A stretch of 32,000 nt of DNA, taken from positions 2,190,001-2,222,000 of the forward strand of contig NZ_CP021983.2 of assembly GCF_002075285.3 (NCBI RefSeq), given 5' to 3'. Within the stretch, counting starts at the first letter, position 1. Every line of letters starts with the position of its first letter. Position numbers and translations under genes: made by a program. This DNA is from Halomicronema hongdechloris C2206. Lineage in GTDB: Bacteria > Cyanobacteriota > Cyanobacteriia > Phormidesmidales > Phormidesmidaceae. The notes below the pieces were generated by a model. The model saw only the letters and a list, made by a program, of their open reading frames with translations, had not been told where the DNA came from and made no database searches. Below are positions 19,872 to 28,579 of this stretch, one piece after another.

Positions 19872-20677
19872 GTCAGGTATCGATGCCGCCCTCGTCTCTG
19901 GTGCACACTCAGCAGGCTCGTCCGGTTGCGATCGCAACGGAACATCTATCCTTCTCCTACGCCGACACTCCCGATGTTCTCGGCGATGTCACCCTAACCA
20001 TTACCGCCGGGGAGAAGGTAGGGGTAATCGGCCACAACGGCTGTGGCAAGACCACGCTGTTCATGCTGTTGTGTGGGGTCTTGGCTCCCTCGGCGGGAAC
20101 GGTGCGTCTCTTCGACCAGGTGATACAGCCGGGGCAGTTCCATCCCGACATTGGTCTGTTGTTTCAAGATCCCGACGATCAGTTGTTCTCTACGTCAGTC
20201 TGGGAAGACATCGCCTTTGGCCCCAATAACATGAACTTACCTGAGGCGGAAGTGGCCCAACGGGTGCAGCAGGCCATGCAAATGACCGGCACCGAGCCCC
20301 TGGCCCAACGCCCCCCCCACCATCTCTCCGGCGGGGAAAAGCAGATGGTGGCCATTGCCGGCTTGCTGGCCATGTGTCCGCGGGTCTTGCTCTACGATGA
20401 GCCGACGGCCAATCTAGATTTACGCAGTCGGCGCCGGTTAATTCACTTTCTGCAGCAGGCCCCAGAAACCCTACTGATTGCATCCCACGATTTAGAATTT
20501 CTGCTGGAAGTGTGCGATCGCATCCTCCTAATCGACGATGGCCAAGTAAAGGCTGATGGTGTCCCTACAGAGGTCATGGGAGATGGCGCCTTGATGGAAC
20601 AGCACGGGCTAGAAAAACCCCACTCCCTGATTCCCCACGTTGAGCCCCACCATCCCTGTTCTTCTCAGCCGGAATAA
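19868..20677 (+). CDS. cbiO: ECF transporter ATPase CbiO
   Basis: Walker A GHNGCGKTT, signature LSGGEKQ and Walker B LLYDEPTANLD are present. The ATG at 19868 overlaps the cbiQ stop, so the longer track start at 19799 is unlikely. Confidence 0.9.
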   Translation: MSQVSMPPSSLVHTQQARPVAIATEHLSFSYADTPDVLGDVTLTITAGEKVGVIGHNGCGKTTLFMLLCGVLAPSAGTVRLFDQVIQPGQFHPDIGLLFQDPDDQLFSTSVWEDIAFGPNNMNLPEAEVAQRVQQAMQMTGTEPLAQRPPHHLSGGEKQMVAIAGLLAMCPRVLLYDEPTANLDLRSRRRLIHFLQQAPETLLIASHDLEFLLEVCDRILLIDDGQVKADGVPTEVMGDGALMEQHGLEKPHSLIPHVEPHHPCSSQPE

Positions 20678-20754
20678 CGGCAGAAAACAGAAACCTGCTG
20701 GCCCAGCCCTTCCAGGGCATTAACATAGCTCACTCGGAAACCAACAAGAGGAAC

Positions 20755-21378
20755 CTACCCAGCACTAAAGGCCATCTGCCAAAAGTCTCGCTCTAGGGTG
20801 GCGACCCGCAAAAATGCTGCTTCCGCCTGACGTTGAGTCATGGCAGAGGTCTCTGCTAAGACCTCATCCGCCTGCTGGGCCAATTGGTTCACATACTCCG
20901 TGAATCCAGGATTGCCCCAACGCGCCGCAAATTCTGCATAGGGCTCCGGCATCGGCCCCGGCAGCTGCCAGCCTTGGTTGTAGGCATATTCAATCGCCCA
21001 TAGCGCCGTCACCTGCACCGGATAGGGAGTGGTGCACAGGCTAGCCATAAACTCCCCATATTGCTGGCAAGTCGACTGCTGCGGTACATCCAACTCTAGC
21101 TGCCGCTCCGTAGCTTTGAGTTCGAACCAAGCCAGTTCCTCCTTAAGGGCCGCCAATCCATTCAACAAGACCGGAAAATGATGAAACGGAGCCGCCCCCA
21201 ATACCCGAGCTAGCATGCGAGTAAATTCCTGCACAAACAGATAATCTTGCACCAGCCAGGTATCGAACTGCACCGGCTGAATGGTGCCCTGCTGGCACTG
21301 ACGCAGGAAGGGATGCTCAATGCCCTGCTGCCAAATTCTGGCATGATTCCTGAGCAGAGCCTGACAGGTGACGCCCAT
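20755..21378 (-). CDS. tenA: TenA/thiaminase II family protein
   Basis: 207-aa ORF with an ATG start. The N-terminal region IEHPFLRQCQQGTIQPVQFDTWLVQDYLFV is typical of the TenA/THI-4/PqqC helical family. Confidence 0.8.
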   Translation of the reverse strand: MGVTCQALLRNHARIWQQGIEHPFLRQCQQGTIQPVQFDTWLVQDYLFVQEFTRMLARVLGAAPFHHFPVLLNGLAALKEELAWFELKATERQLELDVPQQSTCQQYGEFMASLCTTPYPVQVTALWAIEYAYNQGWQLPGPMPEPYAEFAARWGNPGFTEYVNQLAQQADEVLAETSAMTQRQAEAAFLRVATLERDFWQMAFSAG

Positions 21379-21484
21379 GGTTACGCTCTCCTAATCATCT
21401 CTCCTACGCTAGCAGGCTTGGTTCTCTGTCTTGGGCAACAGCCAGAAAAATCCTAATCGCCTCATCGGCTTAACCCTACTAGAC

Positions 21485-21613
21485 TTAGCACTCAATCACA
21501 TTCACCGCCAGTCCCCCCCGAGAGGTCTCCTTATAGTTCTCATGCATGTCGGCACCAGTATCCCGCATGGTTTTAATCACCTTGTCGGAGAGTGTTCTGA
21601 TTTTTGTGTAACC
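21485..21613 (-). pseudogene. C-terminal remnant of an L-serine dehydratase (iron-sulfur type) gene
   Basis: A minus-strand frame with no start codon reads [42 protein letters not shown]-stop. The YKETS.GGLA...C terminus is characteristic of SdaA-type enzymes. Upstream sequence switches frame and loses similarity. Confidence 0.55.
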
Positions 21614-21880
21614 CTCGGTTCTGGGCACGGAAAATCAAGGGTTCCAGGCTGGTCGGAACCCAGTTTGCTGAACACTTCCGGAAAAAGCCCCTCGCTCCCT
21701 TGTCGAGGCAACGCGATCTTAAACGACCAACCGACCAGCCCTGCCGCGGGGTCCAGGGCAGTAGGCCGGATTCTGCCCCCGACGCCATCACTCTCCCAAG
21801 CCAGGGCTCGTTTCCCGATAAGATGCCAGCGGGCAATGATCGCATCTTCTATGGTCCCTAAGGAGCAAGACTCCGCTAGA

Positions 21881-21967
21881 CAGCCCCTGCATATGGTCAT
21901 CTCAGAGCAGCTTAGGGGCCATATCGAGTCGGGTAAGTATGAACCAGGCGAACGGTTGCCTAGTGAG
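21881..21967 (+). pseudogene. N-terminal remnant of a GntR-family regulator
   Basis: The plus frame reads QPLHMVISEQLRGHIESGKYEPGERLPSE. This matches the GntR winged-helix start (PLY.QI...L...I..G...PG..LPSE). The recognition helix that should follow is missing. Confidence 0.5.
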
Positions 21968-22078
21968 TTTGATGCAGTAACGCCGCTATCAACCAGAGCG
22001 GCAAGGCGGCATGCATCGAGATTTCGCCGCCTGCGTTCTGCCTGCTACCGTCTGCCCTCCGCCTTCCTAAACCATCCC

Positions 22079-22288
22079 CTACTTATCCACCGACCTCTGG
22101 ATCGCCGCCAGTTCAGCCCGACACAGGGCCACCAAATCTGTCGGCGCCAACTCTATCTCTAGCCCCCGCTTACCGGCACTGACATAGATCGAGCCGTGAT
22201 CCATGGCCGAGGCATCCAACACCATCGCTAACCGTCGTTTTTGCCCTAGGGGACTAATCCCCCCCACCACATTAATCGCAGGAGTCAT
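22079..22288 (-). pseudogene. C-terminal fragment of a YbaK/EbsC-type aminoacyl-tRNA deacylase
   Basis: The 69-aa ORF MTPAINVVGGISPLGQKRRLAMVLDASAMDHGSIYVSAGKRGLEIELAPTDL covers only about the last 65 residues of a normally ~155-aa protein. Its ATG overlaps the GNAT stop as ATGA. Confidence 0.6.
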
Positions 22289-22803
22289 GCCTCATCCATC
22301 CCGTCTGGATACGCCACATCCGTCTCATAGATGGTCATGCCCCGCGCTTGATAATTGCTCAAGGCATGGGGATGATCCAGGGAGCTAATATGGGCCCAAA
22401 CCCGTTTCCCCTCCCAAGCCCAGGCGCTAGTAATGGCATGGGTGAGTAAAGATCCCTCCAGGCCCTTGCCAACAAAGGCAGGGGTAAAGCCAAAGTAGGT
22501 AATCTCAATGGTGTGATGGGCCTGCTTCTGCAATTCAAAATAGCCTGCCGGACAGCCGTCGTAGTAGCCTACCCATGTCCGTAGGTTGGCATCCTCGACA
22601 TAGTGCTTCCAGTCCAGATCAGACCAGCTATATTTATCCGTCCAACTCCAGTCTCGACCGACAAGATGGTACAAAAATCGATTGTACTCAAACTGAGGAA
22701 TGGTACATTCGCCAATCCAAAACCGAGGATCAGGGCAATCCTCAGGAATCAAATCCTCGCGATTGCAGATCTCCAAATAGTAGGTAGTCACCGGGCTGCT
22801 CAT
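22285..22803 (-). CDS. GNAT family N-acetyltransferase
   Basis: The acetyl-CoA binding region reads IEITYFGFTPAFVGKGLEGSLLTHAI, and the C-terminus NYQARGMTIYE is typical of GNAT. I prefer the ATG at 22803. The track uses a GTG at 22830. Confidence 0.82.
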   Translation of the reverse strand: MSSPVTTYYLEICNREDLIPEDCPDPRFWIGECTIPQFEYNRFLYHLVGRDWSWTDKYSWSDLDWKHYVEDANLRTWVGYYDGCPAGYFELQKQAHHTIEITYFGFTPAFVGKGLEGSLLTHAITSAWAWEGKRVWAHISSLDHPHALSNYQARGMTIYETDVAYPDGMDEA

Positions 22804-22956
22804 GGTCGTTGCTAGCAACCAATAGGCCACTCCATCAAAAAACCTCTGTGTGGAAACTCTACCGCTTTAGCGCCCTCTACTTCAATGCCTGGAAGTTTCC
22901 CTAGCCGGGACTAGCTAGGGGGCCTTTTGGCCCTGATGCTGCTGCTGAGGCCCAGA

Positions 22957-22985
22957 AAAATGCTGAGATTTAAAATGCTGAGATT
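22957..22985. repeat. Direct repeat AAAATGCTGAGATT x2 (1-bp spacer)
   Basis: Copies at 22957-22970 and 22972-22985 are identical. The repeat lies in the spacer upstream of the sensor kinase. Confidence 0.9.
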
Positions 22986-23043
22986 AATGACAATTCCAAC
23001 ACGGGATAGGGGGGCTCACTCACCCTAGTAATAGAGAATTCAA

Positions 23044-23064
23044 CAGTGATGTCAGTGATGTCAG
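23044..23064. repeat. Tandem repeat CAGTGATGT x2 plus CAG
   Basis: Copies at 23044-23052 and 23053-23061 are identical. Confidence 0.9.
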
Positions 23065-23162
23065 CTCGCCCTCTCTGGGGACTGGCCAGTTGTCAGGCAC
23101 CGGCATCACGACTAGCCCCCTGCAGCGATCTCTGGAGTGCTCCGCTTGAGTCATTGGGTTGC

Positions 23163-26100
23163 ATGATGTTGCTGAATCTAAACCGGGCCTTGCTATGGCC
23201 TCCCCCAACTGTAGCCCCTGGAGCAACACTAGCGACTGCCCTGACCACGCTACGAGGGAGTCTGACCTGTGCGATCGCATCCAGTGACGACCCCAGCATG
23301 GCAACGGCTGACGCCTGGGGATGCCTGGGCGTTGTCGATCATGAGCAACTGATAGGGATCTTAACCGAGCGGGATCTAGTTCGGCTCATCGCAGCAGAGA
23401 CCGACCTGGAGACCGTTTTAGTGTCATCGGTGATGGCCACCCCGCCAATCTTTGTCAGCCAGGCAGACCTGCAAGACCCCTTTGCCGTATTAGGGCTGTT
23501 TCAGCGCCATGGCATTCGCCACCTGCCCGTGGTAGACGATGATGGCTGGCTGGTGGGCCTAATCACCACCGCCAGTGTGCAGCGGATGCTGGAGCCGAGT
23601 CAGTTGCTGCAGTGGCAGCAGGTGGCTGAAGTCATGCAGCAGCCGGTGGTGTCTGCTGCTCCTGAGGCTACCGTGGTTGACCTGGCCCAGCTCATGGCCC
23701 AGCACGCCGTTAGCTGCGTGGTTCTGGTGCGGTCCGCGGCGGCTCCTTCTCTAGACCAACCTCCCCAGCCCGTAGGCCTGGTCAGCGAACGAGATCTATT
23801 GCACTGCCCGATCCTGGCCCTGAAGGGCAAGCGACTCTCGGCAGAGGCGATTATGCAACCGATCGAGGCGACGCTGATGCCCCAGCATTCCCTCTGGCAG
23901 GCTCACGCGACCATGGCAAAGCATGGGGTACAGCAATTACTGGTCACCGATGACCAGGGCGACTTGCTGGGGATGGTCACCCAAAAGTCGATTCTCCGCG
24001 GTCTCACCCCGATGCAGCTCTATCAAACCATGGAGGCGATATTAGCGGAGAGGGGGCAGCGCACTGAGGACCTAGCCCAACCGGCGAGCCAGGATCGCTT
24101 ACTGGCCTCGATCACCTCGGCCATTCATAGCTCTCTTAACCTAAAAGTCACGCTGCAGTCGGTGGTGGATGAGTTACACCAGTTTTTACGGACGGATCGG
24201 GTGATTGTCTACCGCTTCCATGCCGACTGGAGTGGTACCGTGGTGGCAGAGGCGGTGACCCCAGACTGGATGCCCTTGCTGGGCCAGTTAATCCGAGATC
24301 CCCACTTCGCCAAGGATCTAGTCGATCCCTACCGCAATGGCCGAGTCCAGGTAACCCCTGATGTCCACGATGGTAGCCTCACCCCCTGCCATGTGAACTT
24401 GTTGCAGCGGATTCAGGTCAAGGCCCTGATTGTGGTGCCGATTGTGCAGAGTGATCTGCTCTGGGGGTTATTGGCGGCCCAGGAATGTGCTCAGCCGCGG
24501 CCTTGGCAGCCAGAAGAGGTGGAGTTGCTACAGCGCCTCTCGACTCAAGTTGCGATCGCAATTCAGCAAGCCGAACTCTACGAATCCAACCAGCGAGAAC
24601 TCCAGGAGCGACAGCGGGTCGAGCAGCAACTCCGCCAGCGCACCGAGCGCCAGGAATTCCTAGCCCAGTTGGGGCACATGGCCCTGAAAACCGACAGCAT
24701 TCCAGCCCTCTTCGATCTAGTCGTCGAGCGACTCCCTAAAATCCTGAAATTAAACTACTGCGGCATCCTAGAATTGCTGCCCAATCGCGCCGCCCTACAA
24801 CTCAAAGCTGGCCGAGGCTGGCCCCAACCCTGGGTTGGAGTCGCTACCGTAGGGTGCGAGCAACGGTCTCAGTATGGCTACACCCTAGCCACAGATCAGC
24901 CTGTCACCGTAGAAGACCTGCGCCTAGAAACCCGCTTCGGCGGTGCCCCCTTTCTGCATAACCAACGGCTGGTCGCTGGCATCAGCCTAGTGATTGCCGG
25001 ACGCCATCAGCCCTACGGCATCTTAGCGGTGCACAGCCGCCAGCGCCGCCGCTTCAGCCTCGACGAAGTTAACTTTGTACAAGCCGTAGCCAATATGCTG
25101 GCCTCCGCGATGATCCGTCAGCAAACCGAACGGGAACTAAACCGATTCTTCAATCTCTCCCAAGATCTCTTCTGCATTGCTGACGGCGATGGCCAGCTGC
25201 AACGCATTAACCCTCGATTCACCGAACTGCTGGGCCATAGTGAAGCCGAGTTATTGAGACGGCCATTGTTAAATTTCGTGCACACCGAAGATCAGGCCGC
25301 CACCCAAGCCATCCTGACCCAGCTACACCAAGGACTCACCGTCCAGGGCTTCGAAAATCGTTGGCGTTGCCACAATGGCAGCTACCGCTGGATTGCCTGG
25401 AGTGCCATCCCCCTGAATCAAGGTACTCTGATTTACGCCGTCGGCCGCGATGTTACCCAGACCAAAGAAACCGAAGTCGCCCTGCAAACCCTAAACGAGC
25501 ACCTAGAAGATCTAGTTAGCCTCAGGACCGAGGCGCTGCAACGCAGCGAAGCCAAATTACAGGCCCTGATCGACCAGGCCGGCGTCGGCATCAAGCAGAT
25601 AGACCTGCAGGGGCGCTTACTGCAAGTCAACCAAAAATTCTCTAACCTGCTCGGCTATGCTCCAGAAGACCTAGTAGGGCAACCCCTCCTCGACATCACC
25701 TACCCCGAGGATTGGGAAGCCGACTCTGCCGTGCTAAGACAGATCATCACTGGTGATACCAGAACCGCCGAGGTAGAAACCCGTAAGCTCCACCGAGATG
25801 GCCACGTGCTTTGGGCCCATATCACCTATGCCCTGGTACGCACCTCCTCCGGCAAGCCCGACTACATCGTCTCTATAGTCCAGGACATAACCGAACGGCG
25901 GCGCAGCCAACAAGAACTCCTGCGTCAGAAAAACCTGCGAGACGCCATTTTCAACTATGCCACCGATGCCCTCTTCCTGGTCGACCCCAAGACTCTGCTC
26001 ATCGTCGACTGCAATCAGCGGGCCGTAGAACTCTTCCAGGCCAACAGCAAAAACGACCTGATTGGCCGCAAGGGTGGCGATACTCTACAGAAATATGCCT

Positions 26101-27005
26101 TCACTCCCGCCGAAATCCAAGAAGTTCTCGCCGAGATGGCAGAAAAGGGATTCTGGACCCGGGAAATCGAGTATGTAACCTTTCTAGGCCGCGAATTCTG
26201 GGGGAGCCTGGCCTGTCGCCCCCTCACGGTGGCTCAAGCAACCCTAAATATTGTCCGCGTCACCGACATCTCCGAGCGCAAACGGGCCGAGGCTCAAGCC
26301 CTAGCTGCCCTAGAACGGGAGCAGGAACTCAACACCCTCAAAACCCAATTCATCTCCATGGCCTCCCATGAATTCCGCACTCCCCTCACCACCATCATGG
26401 GGTCTGCCGAACTGTTGAGATATGCCGGCCACAAATGGTCCGAGGAAAAACGGCAACGCCACTTCGAGCAGATCAAAACCACCGTCCAGCACATGGCGCA
26501 TTTGGTAGAAGACGTCCTCCTAATCAGCCGGGCCGACTCCGACCGACTGCCCTTCCATCCCCGTCCCGTCCAGGTATCTCAACTGTGTCAGACCCTCATT
26601 GACGAACTCACCCTCGCCGACCAAAACCGCCATCAACTCCAGTTCGACACCAGTGGCCAGCCCTACCCCGGGCTGTATGATCAACATTTGCTGCGCCAGA
26701 TAGTCACTAACCTGATGAGCAATGCCCTGAAATATTCTCCAGAGCACAGTACCGTCACAATCCGCCTCATCTACCGTAACGATGGCATTGCCCTAGAGAT
26801 TCAAGACCAGGGCATTGGTATTCCCCAAAAGGATCAAGGGCACCTATTTCAGCCGTTCTCTCGAGCCACCAATGTCGGCAATCGCCAGGGCACAGGCCTG
26901 GGGCTCGTGATTGTCAAAAAGGCCATTGAAATGCACAATGGCCACATCGAGGTTGAAAGCACCGAGGGCGTGGGTACCCTGTTTAAAGTGTGGTTACCTA
27001 AATGA
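23163..27005 (+). CDS. Multi-sensor histidine kinase: 4 CBS motifs, bilin-type GAF, second GAF, 3 PAS, HisKA, HATPase
   Basis: CBS pairs are present (LIGILTERDLVRLI, LVGLITTASVQRML, VGLVSERDLL, LLGMVTQKSILRGL). GAF1 reads RVIVYRF..DWSGTVVAEAV...TPCHVNLLQRIQVKALIVVPI. GAF2 and three PAS/PAC units follow. The H-box is FISMASHEFRTPL, the N-box NLMSNALKYSP, G1 DQGIGIP and G2 GTGLGL. I prefer the ATG at 23163 because it lies just before the first CBS motif. The track ORF starts at 23046. Confidence 0.9.
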   Translation: MMLLNLNRALLWPPPTVAPGATLATALTTLRGSLTCAIASSDDPSMATADAWGCLGVVDHEQLIGILTERDLVRLIAAETDLETVLVSSVMATPPIFVSQADLQDPFAVLGLFQRHGIRHLPVVDDDGWLVGLITTASVQRMLEPSQLLQWQQVAEVMQQPVVSAAPEATVVDLAQLMAQHAVSCVVLVRSAAAPSLDQPPQPVGLVSERDLLHCPILALKGKRLSAEAIMQPIEATLMPQHSLWQAHATMAKHGVQQLLVTDDQGDLLGMVTQKSILRGLTPMQLYQTMEAILAERGQRTEDLAQPASQDRLLASITSAIHSSLNLKVTLQSVVDELHQFLRTDRVIVYRFHADWSGTVVAEAVTPDWMPLLGQLIRDPHFAKDLVDPYRNGRVQVTPDVHDGSLTPCHVNLLQRIQVKALIVVPIVQSDLLWGLLAAQECAQPRPWQPEEVELLQRLSTQVAIAIQQAELYESNQRELQERQRVEQQLRQRTERQEFLAQLGHMALKTDSIPALFDLVVERLPKILKLNYCGILELLPNRAALQLKAGRGWPQPWVGVATVGCEQRSQYGYTLATDQPVTVEDLRLETRFGGAPFLHNQRLVAGISLVIAGRHQPYGILAVHSRQRRRFSLDEVNFVQAVANMLASAMIRQQTERELNRFFNLSQDLFCIADGDGQLQRINPRFTELLGHSEAELLRRPLLNFVHTEDQAATQAILTQLHQGLTVQGFENRWRCHNGSYRWIAWSAIPLNQGTLIYAVGRDVTQTKETEVALQTLNEHLEDLVSLRTEALQRSEAKLQALIDQAGVGIKQIDLQGRLLQVNQKFSNLLGYAPEDLVGQPLLDITYPEDWEADSAVLRQIITGDTRTAEVETRKLHRDGHVLWAHITYALVRTSSGKPDYIVSIVQDITERRRSQQELLRQKNLRDAIFNYATDALFLVDPKTLLIVDCNQRAVELFQANSKNDLIGRKGGDTLQKYAFTPAEIQEVLAEMAEKGFWTREIEYVTFLGREFWGSLACRPLTVAQATLNIVRVTDISERKRAEAQALAALEREQELNTLKTQFISMASHEFRTPLTTIMGSAELLRYAGHKWSEEKRQRHFEQIKTTVQHMAHLVEDVLLISRADSDRLPFHPRPVQVSQLCQTLIDELTLADQNRHQLQFDTSGQPYPGLYDQHLLRQIVTNLMSNALKYSPEHSTVTIRLIYRNDGIALEIQDQGIGIPQKDQGHLFQPFSRATNVGNRQGTGLGLVIVKKAIEMHNGHIEVESTEGVGTLFKVWLPK

Positions 27006-27264
27006 CCAGAGAATTGCCTAGCAACATCTAGATTTGCAAGTTACTCCTCGTCCAGAGTTCTGGAGCACAAAAACGGCATAGCGATAACCTTAGTGTTCAT
27101 CTAAACTCAGCTATTTCAGCCTACGCGCTCTTTGCAAGGGCTTTTTACTCGTCGCATTTAGGGAATTCTCTAGCGCTTATGCTGGAGTTGGTATAGCTAG
27201 TCTTTGCATCACCTACACAGATCACAGATAGTGATTGGCGAGCCGCGCTAATACTGCGCTACCT

Positions 27265-28488
27265 ATGGATACAACCAAAATGATACTCGTTATTGAAGAT
27301 GAGGCTCCGATTCGAGACATCATCAGCGAAATGCTCGAAGATGTGGGTTTCAAGGTGCTGGAAGCAGACACTGGTGCCGCCGGGATTGAGCTAGCCCAGT
27401 CCCACCCGCCAGATTTAGTTCTCTGCGACATCATGATGCCCGAGCTCGATGGCTATGAGGTGCTGCATCAGCTGCGCAGCCAGTTACTGACTGCCCTCAC
27501 CCCCTTTATCTTTCTGACGGCAAAGTCAGACCGTCGAGATATGCGCCGGGGCATGTTACTGGGGGCCGACGATTACATCACCAAGCCCTTCACCCGCCAT
27601 GACCTGCTAGAAGCAGTCAGGACTCGGCTAGATAGACACAGCATCATGAGGCAGGTCTACACCTCAGTAGGGGCTAATCCTGCCAACCCGGCTGCAGCCC
27701 CCTCCCCACCTGAGCTCTCGCATCGCCTACGACAGCTACAGACAGCCCTAGCCAACGATGAATTTGAGTTATTCTATCAACCTCAAGCAACCCTGGCCGA
27801 TGATCAGCTGCTAGGGGTAGAAGCCCTGATTCGCTGGCGCTCTCCGTCCCAAGGCCTAATCCCACCGGCAGAGTTTATTCCCCTGGCCGAGCGCTCCGGC
27901 TTCATCATCGAACTAGGGGAATGGGTGATTCGCGCTGCCTGTCAGCAAATAAAGCAATGGCAGGCCCTGGGATTGCCTCCGCTATCAGTCTGTGTCAATC
28001 TCTCCAGCTTGCAGTTTGCCCGTCCTGACTTAATCTCTCGCATCAACAATATCCTGGCGGAGATAGGCATTGCCCCTAAATATCTAGGCATTGAGTTGAC
28101 GGAGTCGGTGCTGGTGCAAAATGTCGACACCACCATGGCTCACCTGCAAGCACTACGTCGTCTAGGCATGCTCATTTCCATCGATGACTTTGGTACCGGC
28201 TATGCCTCCTTGGGCTACCTACAGCACTTTCCCTTCGACATTCTTAAAATCGATCACTGCTTTGTGCAGCATGTGCACACCAACCCTACCAACGGAGCTA
28301 TCACCACCGCCATGATTCAAATGGCCCACAGCTTGGGCCTGATGGTGGTAGCCGAAGGAGTAGAAACCACAGACGAACTAGCCTATCTCAAAGCTCAGGG
28401 CTGCGACGCCATCCAGGGATATCTTCTCAGCCAGCCCCTGCCAGCGTCTCAATTTATCCAATGGTTAAGGCGGCGACAGCGGCCATAA
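27265..28488 (+). CDS. Response regulator with EAL (c-di-GMP phosphodiesterase) output domain
   Basis: REC motifs: [39 protein letters not shown]-domain motifs: [42 protein letters not shown] prefer the ATG at 27265. The track uses a TTG at 27235. Confidence 0.92.
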   Translation: MDTTKMILVIEDEAPIRDIISEMLEDVGFKVLEADTGAAGIELAQSHPPDLVLCDIMMPELDGYEVLHQLRSQLLTALTPFIFLTAKSDRRDMRRGMLLGADDYITKPFTRHDLLEAVRTRLDRHSIMRQVYTSVGANPANPAAAPSPPELSHRLRQLQTALANDEFELFYQPQATLADDQLLGVEALIRWRSPSQGLIPPAEFIPLAERSGFIIELGEWVIRAACQQIKQWQALGLPPLSVCVNLSSLQFARPDLISRINNILAEIGIAPKYLGIELTESVLVQNVDTTMAHLQALRRLGMLISIDDFGTGYASLGYLQHFPFDILKIDHCFVQHVHTNPTNGAITTAMIQMAHSLGLMVVAEGVETTDELAYLKAQGCDAIQGYLLSQPLPASQFIQWLRRRQRP

Positions 28489-28516
28489 AAAAGTGGCCCC
28501 ACCTCAGCGGGACCAC
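28487..28516 (-). terminator. Intrinsic terminator of psbA
   Basis: On the minus strand the sequence reads GTGGTCCC-gctgaggt-GGGGCCAC, followed by TTTTTT (7 of 8 stem positions pair). It lies 55 nt downstream of the psbA stop. The U-tract overlaps the stop codon of the convergent EAL gene. Confidence 0.7.
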
Positions 28517-28555
28517 AGGGTTACAGTGTCTATAGACCAGTCGTTGGCCTAATCT

Positions 28556-28579
28556 TAATTACCCTTGTAATTACCCTTG
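28556..28579. repeat. 12-bp perfect tandem duplication spanning the psbA stop codon
   Basis: TAATTACCCTTG occurs at 28556-28567 and 28568-28579. On the coding strand this reads CAAGGGTAATTA twice, that is Gln-Gly-stop duplicated. Confidence 0.95.

Noticed and set aside
21379-21484. Possible TPP (THI-box) riboswitch in the tenA leader
   Set aside because: Only a partial resemblance is present (AGCGTAGGAGA near the 3' end of the leader). The CTGAGA, GGGGTGC and ACCTGATCTGG elements are absent.
21431-22162. 243-aa plus-strand ORF, the longest ORF in the tenA-GNAT interval
   Set aside because: Its translation is low-complexity and Arg/Pro/Ser-rich. It runs antisense across the serine-dehydratase remnant. 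It only resembles a real protein for ~30 residues (the GntR head). I treat it as an artefact spanning gene remnants.
23046-23162. 39-codon extension at the 5' end of the histidine kinase ORF
   Set aside because: It starts inside a 9-bp tandem repeat and encodes a Cys/Ser/Pro-rich peptide with no domain signal. The ATG at 23163 lies just before the first CBS motif. This is not excluded, only less likely.
2138-24559. Dispersed GCGATCGC (HIP1) palindromes, at least 17 copies, for example at 2138, 2500, 4080, 5522, 8230, 9180, 11031, 13918, 14496, 14591, 14942, 16726, 19928, 20514, 23271 and 24552
   Set aside because: This is a well-known genome-wide feature of many cyanobacteria, found mostly inside genes here. 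It is useful as a taxonomic hint but is not a local element.
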